Below, piece after piece: positions 24,404-35,569 of a DNA stretch of 64,000 bases. Each line of letters begins with the position of its first letter. Positions within the stretch are counted from its first letter, which is position 1. The stretch is from contig OZ024757.1 in NCBI GenBank assembly GCA_964016885.1, forward strand, positions 7,068,001-7,132,000. The letters run 5' to 3'. Below the pieces are notes generated by a model. The model had not been told where the DNA came from. It was given only the letters and a program-made list of their open reading frames with translations, and did not search any database. The translations under genes and the position numbers were made by a program. The DNA is from Eledone cirrhosa. Taxonomy: Eukaryota.

Positions 24404-27265
24404 TTAATATTCGTCGACGCCTAGAGTTTTCCCAAGTACGTCGTCGCTCTTCCCCTCCACTAATCCTCTATAGAACGCCGAGGTGGAGTTTCCACCGATC
24501 ACATTGCCCGATTGGTCGAGGGCTGTGAGCGCCTGAAGACATTCCAGTCTCCAGGCGCTCCCTCTCGGTCTTCGCTTGACCCAGGACTGCAGCTCCGTCA
24601 AGGAAACGAGCTGGGGAAATACGTGTCTAGCAAACGGTGACCACACCTGATCACCGTCGAGGAAGAGGTGGAAATGTAGCCTGAGCGCGTGCCTGCGCAT
24701 CATCAGCCACGGCATGCCCGGCCCTCCACGTAGCGGGTGTTGACAACAAATGCACCGCCTGACCATCGGAGCGCGTCCCTTCCACAAAAAGCGAAAGAGC
24801 AAACGCTCCAGCGCAGTCAGGCGAGGCTTAGGACAAGGTACGACGGTCAGGCGGTAGCAGATGACAGACGCGATGTACGCGTTAGCCACCTCCGCTCGAC
24901 CTTTCAGGGATAGCTTCCTCTCCACCCATTTCTGTGTGAGAGAAGCCACCCTGCTCGTTACCTCGTCCCAGTTTTTGTCCGTCTGGAGGTCCGGACCGAA
25001 CCAGACCCCTAGCAATTTAACCGGTCCGTCCGTCCAGCGTCCGACGACGCTGTTGGACGGCATGGACCTGCCTCTCCAGGTGCCGAGCTGCAGGCCCACT
25101 GACTTTTCCTGGTTGATCATTGCTCCTGTCACCGCTTCGTATTCTCTTAGTGTAGTGCCGATCGCCTCGATGTGTTTGGCATTCGACACCACTACGGTGA
25201 CATCGTCCGCATATGCTGACACGGATCTTCCGCATCCTAGTTCGCGCGGGACGCCCCTCAACGTCTCCAGTTTGTGCAGTAATGGCTCGAGAGTCAATAC
25301 GTACAAGAGGGACGAGAGGGGACATCCTTGGCGGACCGAGCGGATGATGTTGAACGGTTCCGACAGGTGACCGTTCACTCTCACCACAGAGCAGATGTCG
25401 CTGTGCATGGCAGCGATCCAGCCTCTGAAGACGGGCCCAAAGCCAGCCGCCCTCAGGACTACCGCTAGGTAACGATGGTCGACCCTATCGAAAGCTTTCG
25501 ACTGATCTAAATTGATCAAGGACCCACCCGTGCCAGGTTCCTTAGCTACCCTCTCTACGGTGTATCGCATGAGGTGGAGGTTGTCGTGGATGGGTCTGTC
25601 GGGAATGGCGCATGTCTGCGCCTCTCCCACCAGACCACCAATGACAAGCGCCAACCACTTTGCTAGCACCTTGGCCAAAATCTTGAACTCTGTGTTTAGC
25701 AGAGTTATGGGCCGGAAATTATCTATGTTATCCCCCTTGTTTGGATCCTTTCTCAGCAGTTCCACCGCTCCTCGGCTCACAGAACTGGGAATTCTCCCGT
25801 TCTGTTGCCAGTTGCAGTAGACGTCCGCCAAGTGGCCTCCGAACAAGTCTGGCATCTGTACGTAAAGTTCATAGGGCAGACCATCCAAACCAGGCGATTT
25901 ACCCCTTGTGCAGCCAGTCATTGCCTCCCTTACTTCAGCGGCTGTTATCGGCTTTTCGCAACACTTCGCCTCAGTGGCCGAGAGCCGCGGCAGTCCGTCG
26001 CGGTAGACACTAAAGTCCATCCCTCGACCCGGCCCACCGCTGCCCCCGAACAGCTGAGCGAAGTGTTGCTGAAAAGCTTCACACATTTGCCCGGGATCGA
26101 GTACCATGCGCCCGTCGTGGTCCACCAAAGACCGGATCGTGGCTTTGTTGCCACGACGCGCCTCCGCCACTCGGGCCCATTGAACGGCTTTCGTCGCCTC
26201 GTGTCTGAGAGCACGCACCCTTGCTCTGACAACGCTGCCTTCGTGCTTTGCATTGAAGAATTGGTCAAGGGCCAATTTCGCCGCAAGCACGTCGGTCGCA
26301 ATGCCTTTGCTAAGCGCCTTGTCTAATTTTCTAACTAGTTCTCCCTCTGCTCTATTTTTCTCTATTGCAAAAGCCTTACTAAACCTAATGGATTCTATTC
26401 TAATCGCTCTTTTCAGAGCAAACCACCACTTGTTGTTGATGATGGCCCCCGTCAACGCCCGCTTAACTAGTTCGCTAATCCGGTCTCTGTAGGCCTTGCG
26501 CGCTGGTAAGGACGCGTTTAGCTTCCAGTAGCCGGGTCCTCGTCTATGAAGCCTATCTAAGTCAAGCACACAGATCACGAATTTGTGGTCCGTGTAGCTG
26601 ACTATCTTGAATTGTGGACAGCCTATGCTAGACCTATCTATTTCCCTACAAAATACTCTATCTAGATATGATCTGGATGACCCTATGCGATTTGTCCAAG
26701 TCCACATTGGCACATTCGGGAAATCCAATTGGTACCTGTCAGACAGTTCAAAACGCCTGAGCAGGTTGGTGAGGCTCTTGAAAACTCCACCCCTATCCGC
26801 TAATCCCACAAAGTCCAGGCGTGCATCTAAGATCCCGTTCCAGTCGCCCACTAACACTAAAGAGCGGGACGTTCCAAGAAAGGTCTCCAGACGCCGGAAG
26901 AAATCAGGCCGCCCTGCTCCTGTCGGGGTATAGACGGCCACTAGCCTGAAAGCTTGCCCGTCTCCGCTGGTCACGTCCAGCACCACCAGCTTACCCTCTG
27001 GGTCCAGGAAGATGGCCCGTATGGCGAGATCCAAACCTCTCCGAAAAAGCACAGCAACTCCTCCCCCCGATCCAGGACGGCTGGGAGATGCGTACACATC
27101 GTAGCCGCCGAAGATCGGTGCGAAGGCCCGTGCTTCTGAGATTCTGGTCTCGCTGATGGCCACTACATCTATGTTTAGTGACCTGAGGTCGTTGAGCAGG
27201 TGACCCTGCTTCCATGACGACCCCAAGCCACACGCATTTATGCTGCCTATTCTGAGTGAGGTCAT
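24404..27265 (-). CDS. Tx1 ORF2: APE endonuclease + reverse transcriptase (C-terminus continues by frameshift to 23850)
   Basis: SINACGL..SET..VYTP..GDWN..YLDR..YTDHK (APE); KSPGLDGLP, FRPITLLN, RQGCPLS, YADD (RT); downstream CPRC..H..C. Confidence 0.9.
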   Translation of the reverse strand: MTSLRIGSINACGLGSSWKQGHLLNDLRSLNIDVVAISETRISEARAFAPIFGGYDVYASPSRPGSGGGVAVLFRRGLDLAIRAIFLDPEGKLVVLDVTSGDGQAFRLVAVYTPTGAGRPDFFRRLETFLGTSRSLVLVGDWNGILDARLDFVGLADRGGVFKSLTNLLRRFELSDRYQLDFPNVPMWTWTNRIGSSRSYLDRVFCREIDRSSIGCPQFKIVSYTDHKFVICVLDLDRLHRRGPGYWKLNASLPARKAYRDRISELVKRALTGAIINNKWWFALKRAIRIESIRFSKAFAIEKNRAEGELVRKLDKALSKGIATDVLAAKLALDQFFNAKHEGSVVRARVRALRHEATKAVQWARVAEARRGNKATIRSLVDHDGRMVLDPGQMCEAFQQHFAQLFGGSGGPGRGMDFSVYRDGLPRLSATEAKCCEKPITAAEVREAMTGCTRGKSPGLDGLPYELYVQMPDLFGGHLADVYCNWQQNGRIPSSVSRGAVELLRKDPNKGDNIDNFRPITLLNTEFKILAKVLAKWLALVIGGLVGEAQTCAIPDRPIHDNLHLMRYTVERVAKEPGTGGSLINLDQSKAFDRVDHRYLAVVLRAAGFGPVFRGWIAAMHSDICSVVRVNGHLSEPFNIIRSVRQGCPLSSLLYVLTLEPLLHKLETLRGVPRELGCGRSVSAYADDVTVVVSNAKHIEAIGTTLREYEAVTGAMINQEKSVGLQLGTWRGRSMPSNSVVGRWTDGPVKLLGVWFGPDLQTDKNWDEVTSRVASLTQKWVERKLSLKGRAEVANAYIASVICYRLTVVPCPKPRLTALERLLFRFLWKGRAPMVRRCICCQHPLRGGPGMPWLMMRRHALRLHFHLFLDGDQVWSPFARHVFPQLVSLTELQSWVKRRPRGSAWRLECLQALTALDQSGNVIGGNSTSAFYRGLVEGKSDDVLGKTLGVDEY

Positions 27266-27300
27266 GTTTAAAATAGAGTGGAAAAGATGGGAAAGACCAC

Positions 27301-29391
27301 TTACCGTACTTTTCGAAGAGGAGGGATGGTTTTTACATCTCTTTTCACTTGATCGTCTGGTGAAGGGACCGTTGAATCGTCCCTTCGGCTGGTCGTCGGC
27401 TCTTCTATGAGAATGTCTGAATATACTCTTCGATTGATAGTTCCTCCTAGGTCCCTGAAATCACCAACTGCGTTGGGGAATTTCGTTTTAATGTTTGTGT
27501 ATTGTTTCTGTGCTAGTTTTAGTAGTCTTATGTTAGTTGGCGTTTTGATTGGTGCTGGTATTATGTAGTCGTGTTGTGAAATGTCTGTGTGTTCAATTAT
27601 GTAAGTCATTAGTTTCTTGTTGTGTGTATTTATTGCCGTGCATTTGTTTTTCTTGGGGTGGGGTGTGGTTCTGCTATTTTCTTGTCGTTGTTGCTGGGTG
27701 TGTGTGTCTTGTTGTGTTTGCGATGTTGGTGCTTGTGGTGGTGGTGTTGAAGGTGTTGTTGGCGGTGGGGTTGTCGCCGGTGGTGATGGTGGTGCTAGTG
27801 TGGGTGGTGATGGTGTTGGTGGTGTTGCTGCTGTGGGTCTCTTTGCAGTAGACTTTACCCTTTTTTTCATTTCTTTCCTCCCTTTTCAAAGGCGACGATG
27901 CGCTGCTTCTGCGTTTGTGCCTTCTTACGACCTTTTGCCATCCCTCTTCCACCTCACACACCATGTCTGATTCTGTGAGGTCGGGGAGGGGTACCAGCTC
28001 CACTCTTTCACTTGTTGTTGTTGGTGATGTTTGCAGTGGAGTCTCTGTTGGAGCTGCTGTTGATATTATTGTTGTTGTTGTTAATACTTCCACTGCTGTT
28101 GCTGTTCTTGATTTCCGTGGCGGGGTATGGGTGCCACGGTCCTATCGTTCCTGGTTGCCGCTTGTCCTGTTGCTGGTAGCAGTGGAGCCGGTTTCGGAAG
28201 GAGGGGGTTTTCTCCTTTCTCAGGGTCTTCTCGTTGCAGAAGGCCCTGAGCTGAGTCTTCGATCTACAGCGAAAGCATTTTGGGCGTTTGCCCTCAACAC
28301 TTATGGGCAGTTGAGTGCCGTTATCGAAGTCTATTACATCCAGGATAGCTTCCATGCACTCCTGGTTGGTTTGCATTAACATCTCAATGGCGGTGCCGAC
28401 CCAATCTTCTCTTACTCTTTTCTGTACTTGCAGTACAGTTGTTTTGTCCTCGATTCCGACGAGGACAGACGCGGCCAGCCAAGAAGGGGCCATCCCGGGG
28501 GGGGGGTCAGTTTGACACTCACAATTTTTTCCCGCAGTAGGAGGGCACCAACACCATTTCCTCGCTCCTTAGGGTCACTACGGATTGAGCCTTTGCCTCC
28601 TGGGGTGTGGCAAAAAGCACGTCTACGGTGGCATATTTCTTGCCTCGGGTGATATGCGTTTTACGCTGCCACAGAGACCCTAAGGCTTTTTGTATTTGAG
28701 CCTCTGTGGCTCTTTCAACCCTACGGGATTTTGTGCTTACTGTACAGTACGTGACCGTACAGTGCTATTGGGTTTCGAAAAATGTTTCGGCTGCCTTGCA
28801 GATTGCTCGGTGTCCGGTTTTCGTCACCATCTTCTTCGCTTCATCTAATTCCTCATTTGCTATGAGGATGGTTTCCAGGTTCTTTGCGATACCTGCAAAC
28901 GAGGTTGGTTTTTCTTTGCTGCTGTTGTTGTTGTTGTTGTTGTCGTAAGAGCTGCTGTTACTTTTGTTGTTGCTGCAGGTAGTACGACTACTGCCGCCGT
29001 CGCTGTTGCTGTGGTTGTTGTTGCTGTTGTTGCTGTTGCTGCTAATGCTGTTGTTGTTTATGATGCTGCTGATGCTGCTTCGGCTGCTACTGTTGTTTTC
29101 CTTGTCACTGTTGCTGCTGCTGCTGTTATTACGGCTGCTACTGCTATTATTCATGACGTCAGACGAATGAAATGGCTTTTCGTATTTGCGGCACACCTTT
29201 TTCGTCGTTGTCGTCGTCGTGGAGAAATGTTCCATGCTTTGCACGTGATTTTGTAAACTATTTTTCTTTACTGGCGTCGCTTGCGAAAGAGAAGGGAGGG
29301 AGAGAGACAATCTTCTCTCTGCTGTAGTGACGATTGAGGAAGAAGACGGAATGAGTGGGAGTGACTTGTGAAAATTATTTTTCGTAGCCAT
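27301..29391 (-). pseudogene. Tx1 ORF1, frameshifted
   Basis: Pieces 28765-29391, 28008-28493, 27674-28093 and 27301-27870. Homologous to the ORF1 pieces at 33261-35241 (SFA..AK..ETI....EELDE.K.MV.K.G.R; VID...G..L...VEG.RP.C..C....LRAFC). Confidence 0.8.
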
Positions 29392-29605
29392 GTTTTTTTT
29401 TTACTTAAAATAAATATTGGGCACAAAACCCAATAAGCGGTTATTTAACCCCGAAGGGCCAAATAACGGACAGAAAGACCCCTCTCACGAGGAGGAGGGT
29501 GTTTTTGTCTACAATTTGGCTAAAGTTTTAAACAATTTACAATTGTTATAGCAGTCAAAATTTACAATACCTTACAGAGCCGAGCCTCGGTCAACCATGG
29601 CATTC

Positions 29606-29660
<55 letters not shown>

Positions 29661-32600
29661 GTGCTTTCTTTATTAACCACAAGGGTTTACATAAAGTAGA
29701 CATTAAGGACAGTACAGTACAATACAGGACGGTTCAAATGGGCCTTTCTGCGTGTAAAATAAAAAAGGGTGTAATAAAAAATAATGAAAAATTCCCCAAT
29801 GGGGGGGAGACTTCCGAGGGACATTTGTGGAGAAAGCCCATTAAAAGGCCACAGTGACCCTGACCACCAAGGCAAGTGACAGTTTTCCACCTTTAATTTA
29901 CAGACACATACTCAGAGTAACAAAATACTGGGAAGAGAGCACAAATGAAATTTGAAAAAGTCAATCAGGGCATCACCGAAGAGGTAAGTGCTCGTCTTCA
30001 GCCCTTTCAAACGTGTCCACCATACTATCTCTTTCGCCATGGCCATCAGACGGATAAAAACTGCCTACCCTTCCCGGCTAAAGGAAGAGGGCGGGGCAAT
30101 CCTCACGATGGACTCAGCTGATAGCCGGATCTGTCCTACTCGCGACAGCAAGTGTTCCACATAAACCCACAAGTCAGCAATTCTCTGACACTGGACGAGT
30201 GCGTGCAGGACGGTTTCGTCGCCCTGCGCGCATCTCGGACATGCCCGGCTGACGGCACCTCCATGCCTGTAGAGTTTATATATAACTGGCAAGGCGCCTC
30301 GGTAGCACTGCCAGGCCAGGGGTTTCTGGTAGTTATCCATAGGCCCCGGCCCGAAAGTTCTTCCGAAGAGATTGGCTGGTTGATTTTCGTCGACGTCTAG
30401 AGTTTCCCCAAGTACGTCGTCGCTCTTTCCCTGCACTAATCCTCTATAGAACGCCGATGTGGAGTTTCCACCGATCACATTGCCCAATTGGTCGAGGGCT
30501 GTGAGCGCCTGAAGAAATTCCAGTCTCCAAGCGCTCCCTCTCGGTTTTCGCTTGACCCAGAACTGCAGCTCCGTCAAGGAAACGAGCTGGGGAAAGACGT
30601 GACTAGCAAACGGTGACCACACCTGATCACCGTCAAAGAAGAAGTGGAGATGTTCTGGCATGAGCGCGCGTCTGCGCATCATCAGCCACGGCATACCCAG
30701 CCCTCCACGTAGCGGGTGTTGACAGCAGATCGACCGCCTGACCATCGGAGCGCGTCCCTTCCACAAAAAGCGAAAGAGCAAACGCTCCAGCGCAGTCAGG
30801 CGGGGCTTAGGACAAGGTACGATGGTCAGGCGGTAGCAGATGACAGACGCGATGTACGCGTTAGCCACCTCTGCTCGACCTTTCAGGGATAGCTTCCTCT
30901 CCGTCCATTTCTGGGTGAGAGAAGCCACCCTGCACGTCACCTGGTCCCAGTTTTTGTCTGTCTGGAGGTCCGGACCAAACCAGACCCCTAGCAATTTAAC
31001 CGGTCCGTCCGTCCAGCGTCCGACGACGCTATTTGACGGCATGAACTTGCTCTCCAGGTGGCGAGCTGCAGGCCCACTGACTTTTCCTGGTTGATCATTG
31101 CTCCTGTCACCGCTTCGTATTCCCTTAGTGTAGTGCCGATCGCCTCGATGTGTTTGGCGTTCGATACCACTACGGTGATATCGTCCGCATATGCGGACAC
31201 GGATCTTCCGCATCCTAGTTCGCGCGGGACTCCCCTTAACGTCTCCAATTTGTGCAGTAATGGCTCGAGAGTCAATACGTACAAGTGGTACGAGAGGAGA
31301 CATCCTTGGCGGACCGAACGCATGATGTTGAACGGTTCCGACAGGTGACCGTTCACTCTCACCACAGAACAGATGTCGCTGTGCATGGCAGCGATCCAGC
31401 CTCTGAAACGGGCCCAAAGCCAGCCGCCTTCAGGACTGCCGCCAGGTAACGATGGTCGACCCTATCGAAAGCTTTCGACTGATCTAAATTGATCAATCCA
31501 CCCGTGGCAGGTTCCCTAGCTACCCTCTCTACGAGGTGGAGGTTGTCGTGGATGGATCTGTCGGGAATGGCGCATGTCTGCACCTCTCCCACCAGACCAC
31601 CAACGACAAGCGCTAACCTCTTTTCTAGCACCTTGGCCAAATTCTTGAACTCTGTGTTTAGCAGAGTTATGGGCCTGAAATTATCTATGTTATCCTCCAT
31701 GTTCGGATCCTTTCTCAGCATCGTCACCGCTCCTGGGCTCACAGAACTGGGAATTCTCCCGTTCTGTTGCCAGTTGCAGTAGATGTTCGCCAAGAAGCCT
31801 CCGAACAAGTCTGGCATCTGTACGTAAAGTTCATAGGGCAGACCCACCAAACCAGGCGATTTACCCCTTGTGCAGCCAGTCATTGCCTCCCGTACTTCAG
31901 CGGCTGTTATCGGCTTTTCGCAACACTCCGCCTCAGTGGCCGAGAACCGCGGCAGCCCGTCGACGTAGCCACTAAAGTCCATCCCTCGACCCGGCCCGCC
32001 GCTGCCCCCGAACAGCTGAGCGAAGTGTCGCTGAAAAGCTTCACACATTTGCCCGGGATCGAGTACGATGAGCCCGTCGTGGTCCAACAAAGACCGGATC
32101 GTGGCTTTGTTGCCACGACGCGCCTCCGCCACTCGGGCCCATTGAACGGCTTTCGTCCCCTCGTATCTGAGAGCACGCACCCTAGCTCTGAGAACGCAGC
32201 CTTCGTACTTTGCATTGAAGAATTGGTCAAGGGCCAATTTCGCCGCAAGTACGTCGGTCGCGATGCCTTTGCTAAGCGCCTCGTCTAATTTTCTAACTAG
32301 TTCTCCCTCTGCTCTATTTTTCTCTATAGCTAAAGCCTTACTAAACCTAATGGACTCTATTCTAATCGCTCTTTTCAGAGCCAACCACCACTTGTTGTTG
32401 ACGATGGCAACCCTCAACACCCGGTTAATGAGTTTGCCCAATCCGGTCTCTGTATGCCTTGCGGGCTGGTAAGGACGCGTTTAGCTTCCAGTAGCCGGGT
32501 CCTCGTCTATGAAGCCTATCTTAGTCAAGCACACAGATCACGATTTTGTGGTCCGTGTAGCTGACTATCTTGATATTTTGAATTGTGGACAGCCTATGCT

Positions 32601-35430
32601 AGACCTATCTATTTCCCTACAAATTAATATATCTAGATATGATCTGGATGACCCGATGCGTTTTGGCCAAGTCCACAATGGCACATTCGGGAAATCCAAT
32701 CGGTACCTGTCAGACAGTTCAAAACGCCTGAGCAGATATGCGAGTCTCTTGCACGCACCTCCCCTATAAGCTAATCCCACACACTCCCAGCGTGCATCTA
32801 AGATCCCGTTCCAGTCGCCCACTAACACTAAAGAGCGGGACGTTCCAAGAATGGTCTCCAGACGCCGGGAGAAATCAGGCCGCCCTGCTGCTGTCAGCCA
32901 CTAGCCTGAAAGCTTGCCCGTCTCCGCTGGTCACGTTCAGCACCACTAACTTACCTTCTGGGTCCAGGAAGATGGCCCATATGGTGAGATCCAAACCTCT
33001 CCGAAAAAGCACAGCAACTCCTCCCCCACGATCCAGGACGGTTGAGAGATGCGAACACATCGTAGCCGCCGAAGATCGGTGCGAAGGCCCGTGCTTCGTA
33101 GATTCTGGCCTCGCTGATGGCCACTACATCTATGTTTAGTGACCTGAGGTCGTTGAGCAGGTGGCCCTGCTTTCATGACGACCCCAAGTCACGCGCATTT
33201 ATGCTGCCTATTCTGAGTGTGGTCATGTTGAAATGGAGTTGAAAAGAAGGGAAAGACCACTTACCTTACTTCTCGTAGAGAAAGGATGGTTTCTCCATCC
33301 TTTTCACTGCTTCTGGCCTCCTCCGGAAGGATGTCCTTATAAATCCTCCTGGAGAGTGCTTGTCGGAAATCTCCGATGTCTTTGGGAAATGTTTGTTTTA
33401 ATGTCGTGTACGTTTTCTGTGTGATGCGAGTGATTTTTATGTGTGTAGGTTGTGTGAACTTTTGGGGTGTTGTGTATTCTTTTTCTGTGGTTCTGGTGTT
33501 GTGTTGGATGTAGTGTAGTAATTGGTTGTTGTTCAAATGCAATTCTGTGTCGTGTGTATAGTTTTGGTTGTTTTGTTTTGATTGCGTTTGTGGTAGGTTT
33601 GTTTCTGTTTCGCTTTTTGGTGACTTTTGTGGTGTTGGTGATGGTGATGTTGGGGTTAATGATGGTGGTGGTGTTGGTGTTTGTGGTGATGGGCTTGGTC
33701 ATGCTGGTGTGGATGGTGGCATAGCTGTCCTAACTTTTTTTGTTTGATAGTTTATTTGTTTCTCTCTGTATTTTGTTTTTGGAGGGGGAAGGAAGAGGAT
33801 TTTTTTCTTTTTAGGCTTCTTTTTCTTTTTTTCTATTTTTGCTTCTTTTCCTTTTTTTCTTTTTTCCTGATACCGTTTTCCACTCCTCGTCGTCACAATC
33901 TGTCTCCAGTTGCGATAGGTCGGGGAGTGGAAAATCCTCCACAGGCGTTAGTTTTGGTTGTGGCGTGGTGGATGGTGTAGGCGCTGGTGCTAGTTCTGAA
34001 GCGTTGGGTGGTGGTAGTGTTCGTTTTGCTACTGTTGCTGGGGTTGCTGCTGCTACAGTTGCTTCTATTGTTGCTGCTACAGTTGTTGCTGCCATTTCTG
34101 CTGCTGGTGGTGTTGATGGTTGAGCCACTGGGGTGGGTAAGAGAGGTGGCCTCAACTTTTTAACCTGAGGGCAGAAAGCCCTTAGGTTGGTTCCTTCACC
34201 ACAAACGACACACCTAGGCCTTATACCCTCGACGATTACGGTGAGGTAGCTGCCGTCAGTGAGATCTATTACCTCTGGGATTTCATGAATGCTTTTTTGG
34301 TCCGCTTGGATCAGGAGCTCCATCCCAGATCCGGACCAGTTCTCCTGCTTTTCATTTTGCTATTTCGATTATTTTAGTTTTGGCCTCGATGTCGGCGAGG
34401 ACGGCAGCCATTACCCAGGAAATTTTGATGGCTGGTGGAACGTGGATCACCCTGATCTTTACAAGTCTCTGGCCACAATAGTTTGGGACGAGTGTGAAGT
34501 CGTCGCTTCTTAATGGGGCCATGGAGTACTCTCTGGCCTCCTGTGGTGTTCCAAAGAACACGTCCACGATTCCATATTTCTGCCCACGTCTGATGTGGGT
34601 TTTTTTGCCCACACATGTCCCAAAGCTTTTTGGATTTGGGACTCTGATGCCCGTTCCACTTGGCGCGATTTTATGTTAATCGTCCGATAAGACACGATGC
34701 ATAGGCGCCGATGCTCCATTTCTATTAGGTGGGGGGCTGAACCTGTACCCATCTTTCTTTACCATTCTCTTGGTTTCATCTAATTCTTCCTGAGTTACCT
34801 CGATTGTTTCGCATTTTTTGGCTGCTTTGGCAAACGACACGGTGGTGTTGATGTGTTTGTTGTTATTCTCATTGTTGTTGTTGCTCTTGTTGTTATTGTT
34901 ATTTTTATTATTGTTATTTTTAGTTTCAGTTGTGGAGGTGGTGGTGGCGTCAGTGGTGTTCGGTGTGGAAGAGTCGATTCTAGCTGAATCCATTTCGATG
35001 TCACGAGATGATTTTTTTTTGTTTCTGTTATCGCTGTGGTGGTGGTGGGGGTGGCGGCTTCAACACCTGCAGTCAGTGGTAATGGCGGGAAATGAATGTA
35101 TGCATGAGACAAATTTAATTTATTGCTACTGCTTATATTTTTAGTGTTGGCAAACGTAGTAATATTTACAATGGTGGTGTCGGTGTGAGGTGTTAATTTG
35201 TGAGGAAGGCTCTCAGCCAGGTGTAGCTGTGAGTCGTCCATGTTTTTTTCAAACTAATTTTTTGTTTGATAATTATAAAAGTTTAAATTTTGGGCTCAAG
35301 GCCCCAATCTTTTTGAGTGCCCTTTTCCGAGAGCAAATTATGTGACCTTATAAACACCTAACAACAAAAATTTTCCATAAATGGCAATTTGAAACAACTG
35401 AAAACAACAAACCTTTGCGGAGCTCACGAT
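29661..35430 (-). mobile_element. Tx1/L1-clade LINE, full length, degraded, in (AAT)n
   Basis: ORF2 (ATG at 33226) is highly similar in nucleotide sequence to the copy at 23600-27265. ORF1 33261-35241 is frameshifted and divergent. (AAT)n on both sides. Confidence 0.95.
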
Positions 35431-35431
35431 G

Positions 35432-35502
<71 letters not shown>

Positions 35503-35569
35503 CCACCGAATCAAGTCCCATAAAATTTCGGATCCATATTATATTGTTATATCGCTCAAATATTCAATT

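Larger units (their letters stand above)
23600..29605 (-). mobile_element. Tx1/L1-clade LINE, full length, in (AAT)n/(ATT)n
   Basis: 5' UTR, frameshifted ORF1 (29391 to 27301, degenerate knuckle CFRC..Q..C), ORF2 from 27265, and a 3' AATAAA immediately followed by (ATT)n. (AAT)n on both sides. Confidence 0.95.

Noticed and set aside
24861-27139. Numerous antisense ORFs over Tx1 ORF2 (and over Dong/RTE ORFs)
   Set aside because: Shadow frames of GC-rich coding sequence; shared between copies only because the elements are paralogous.
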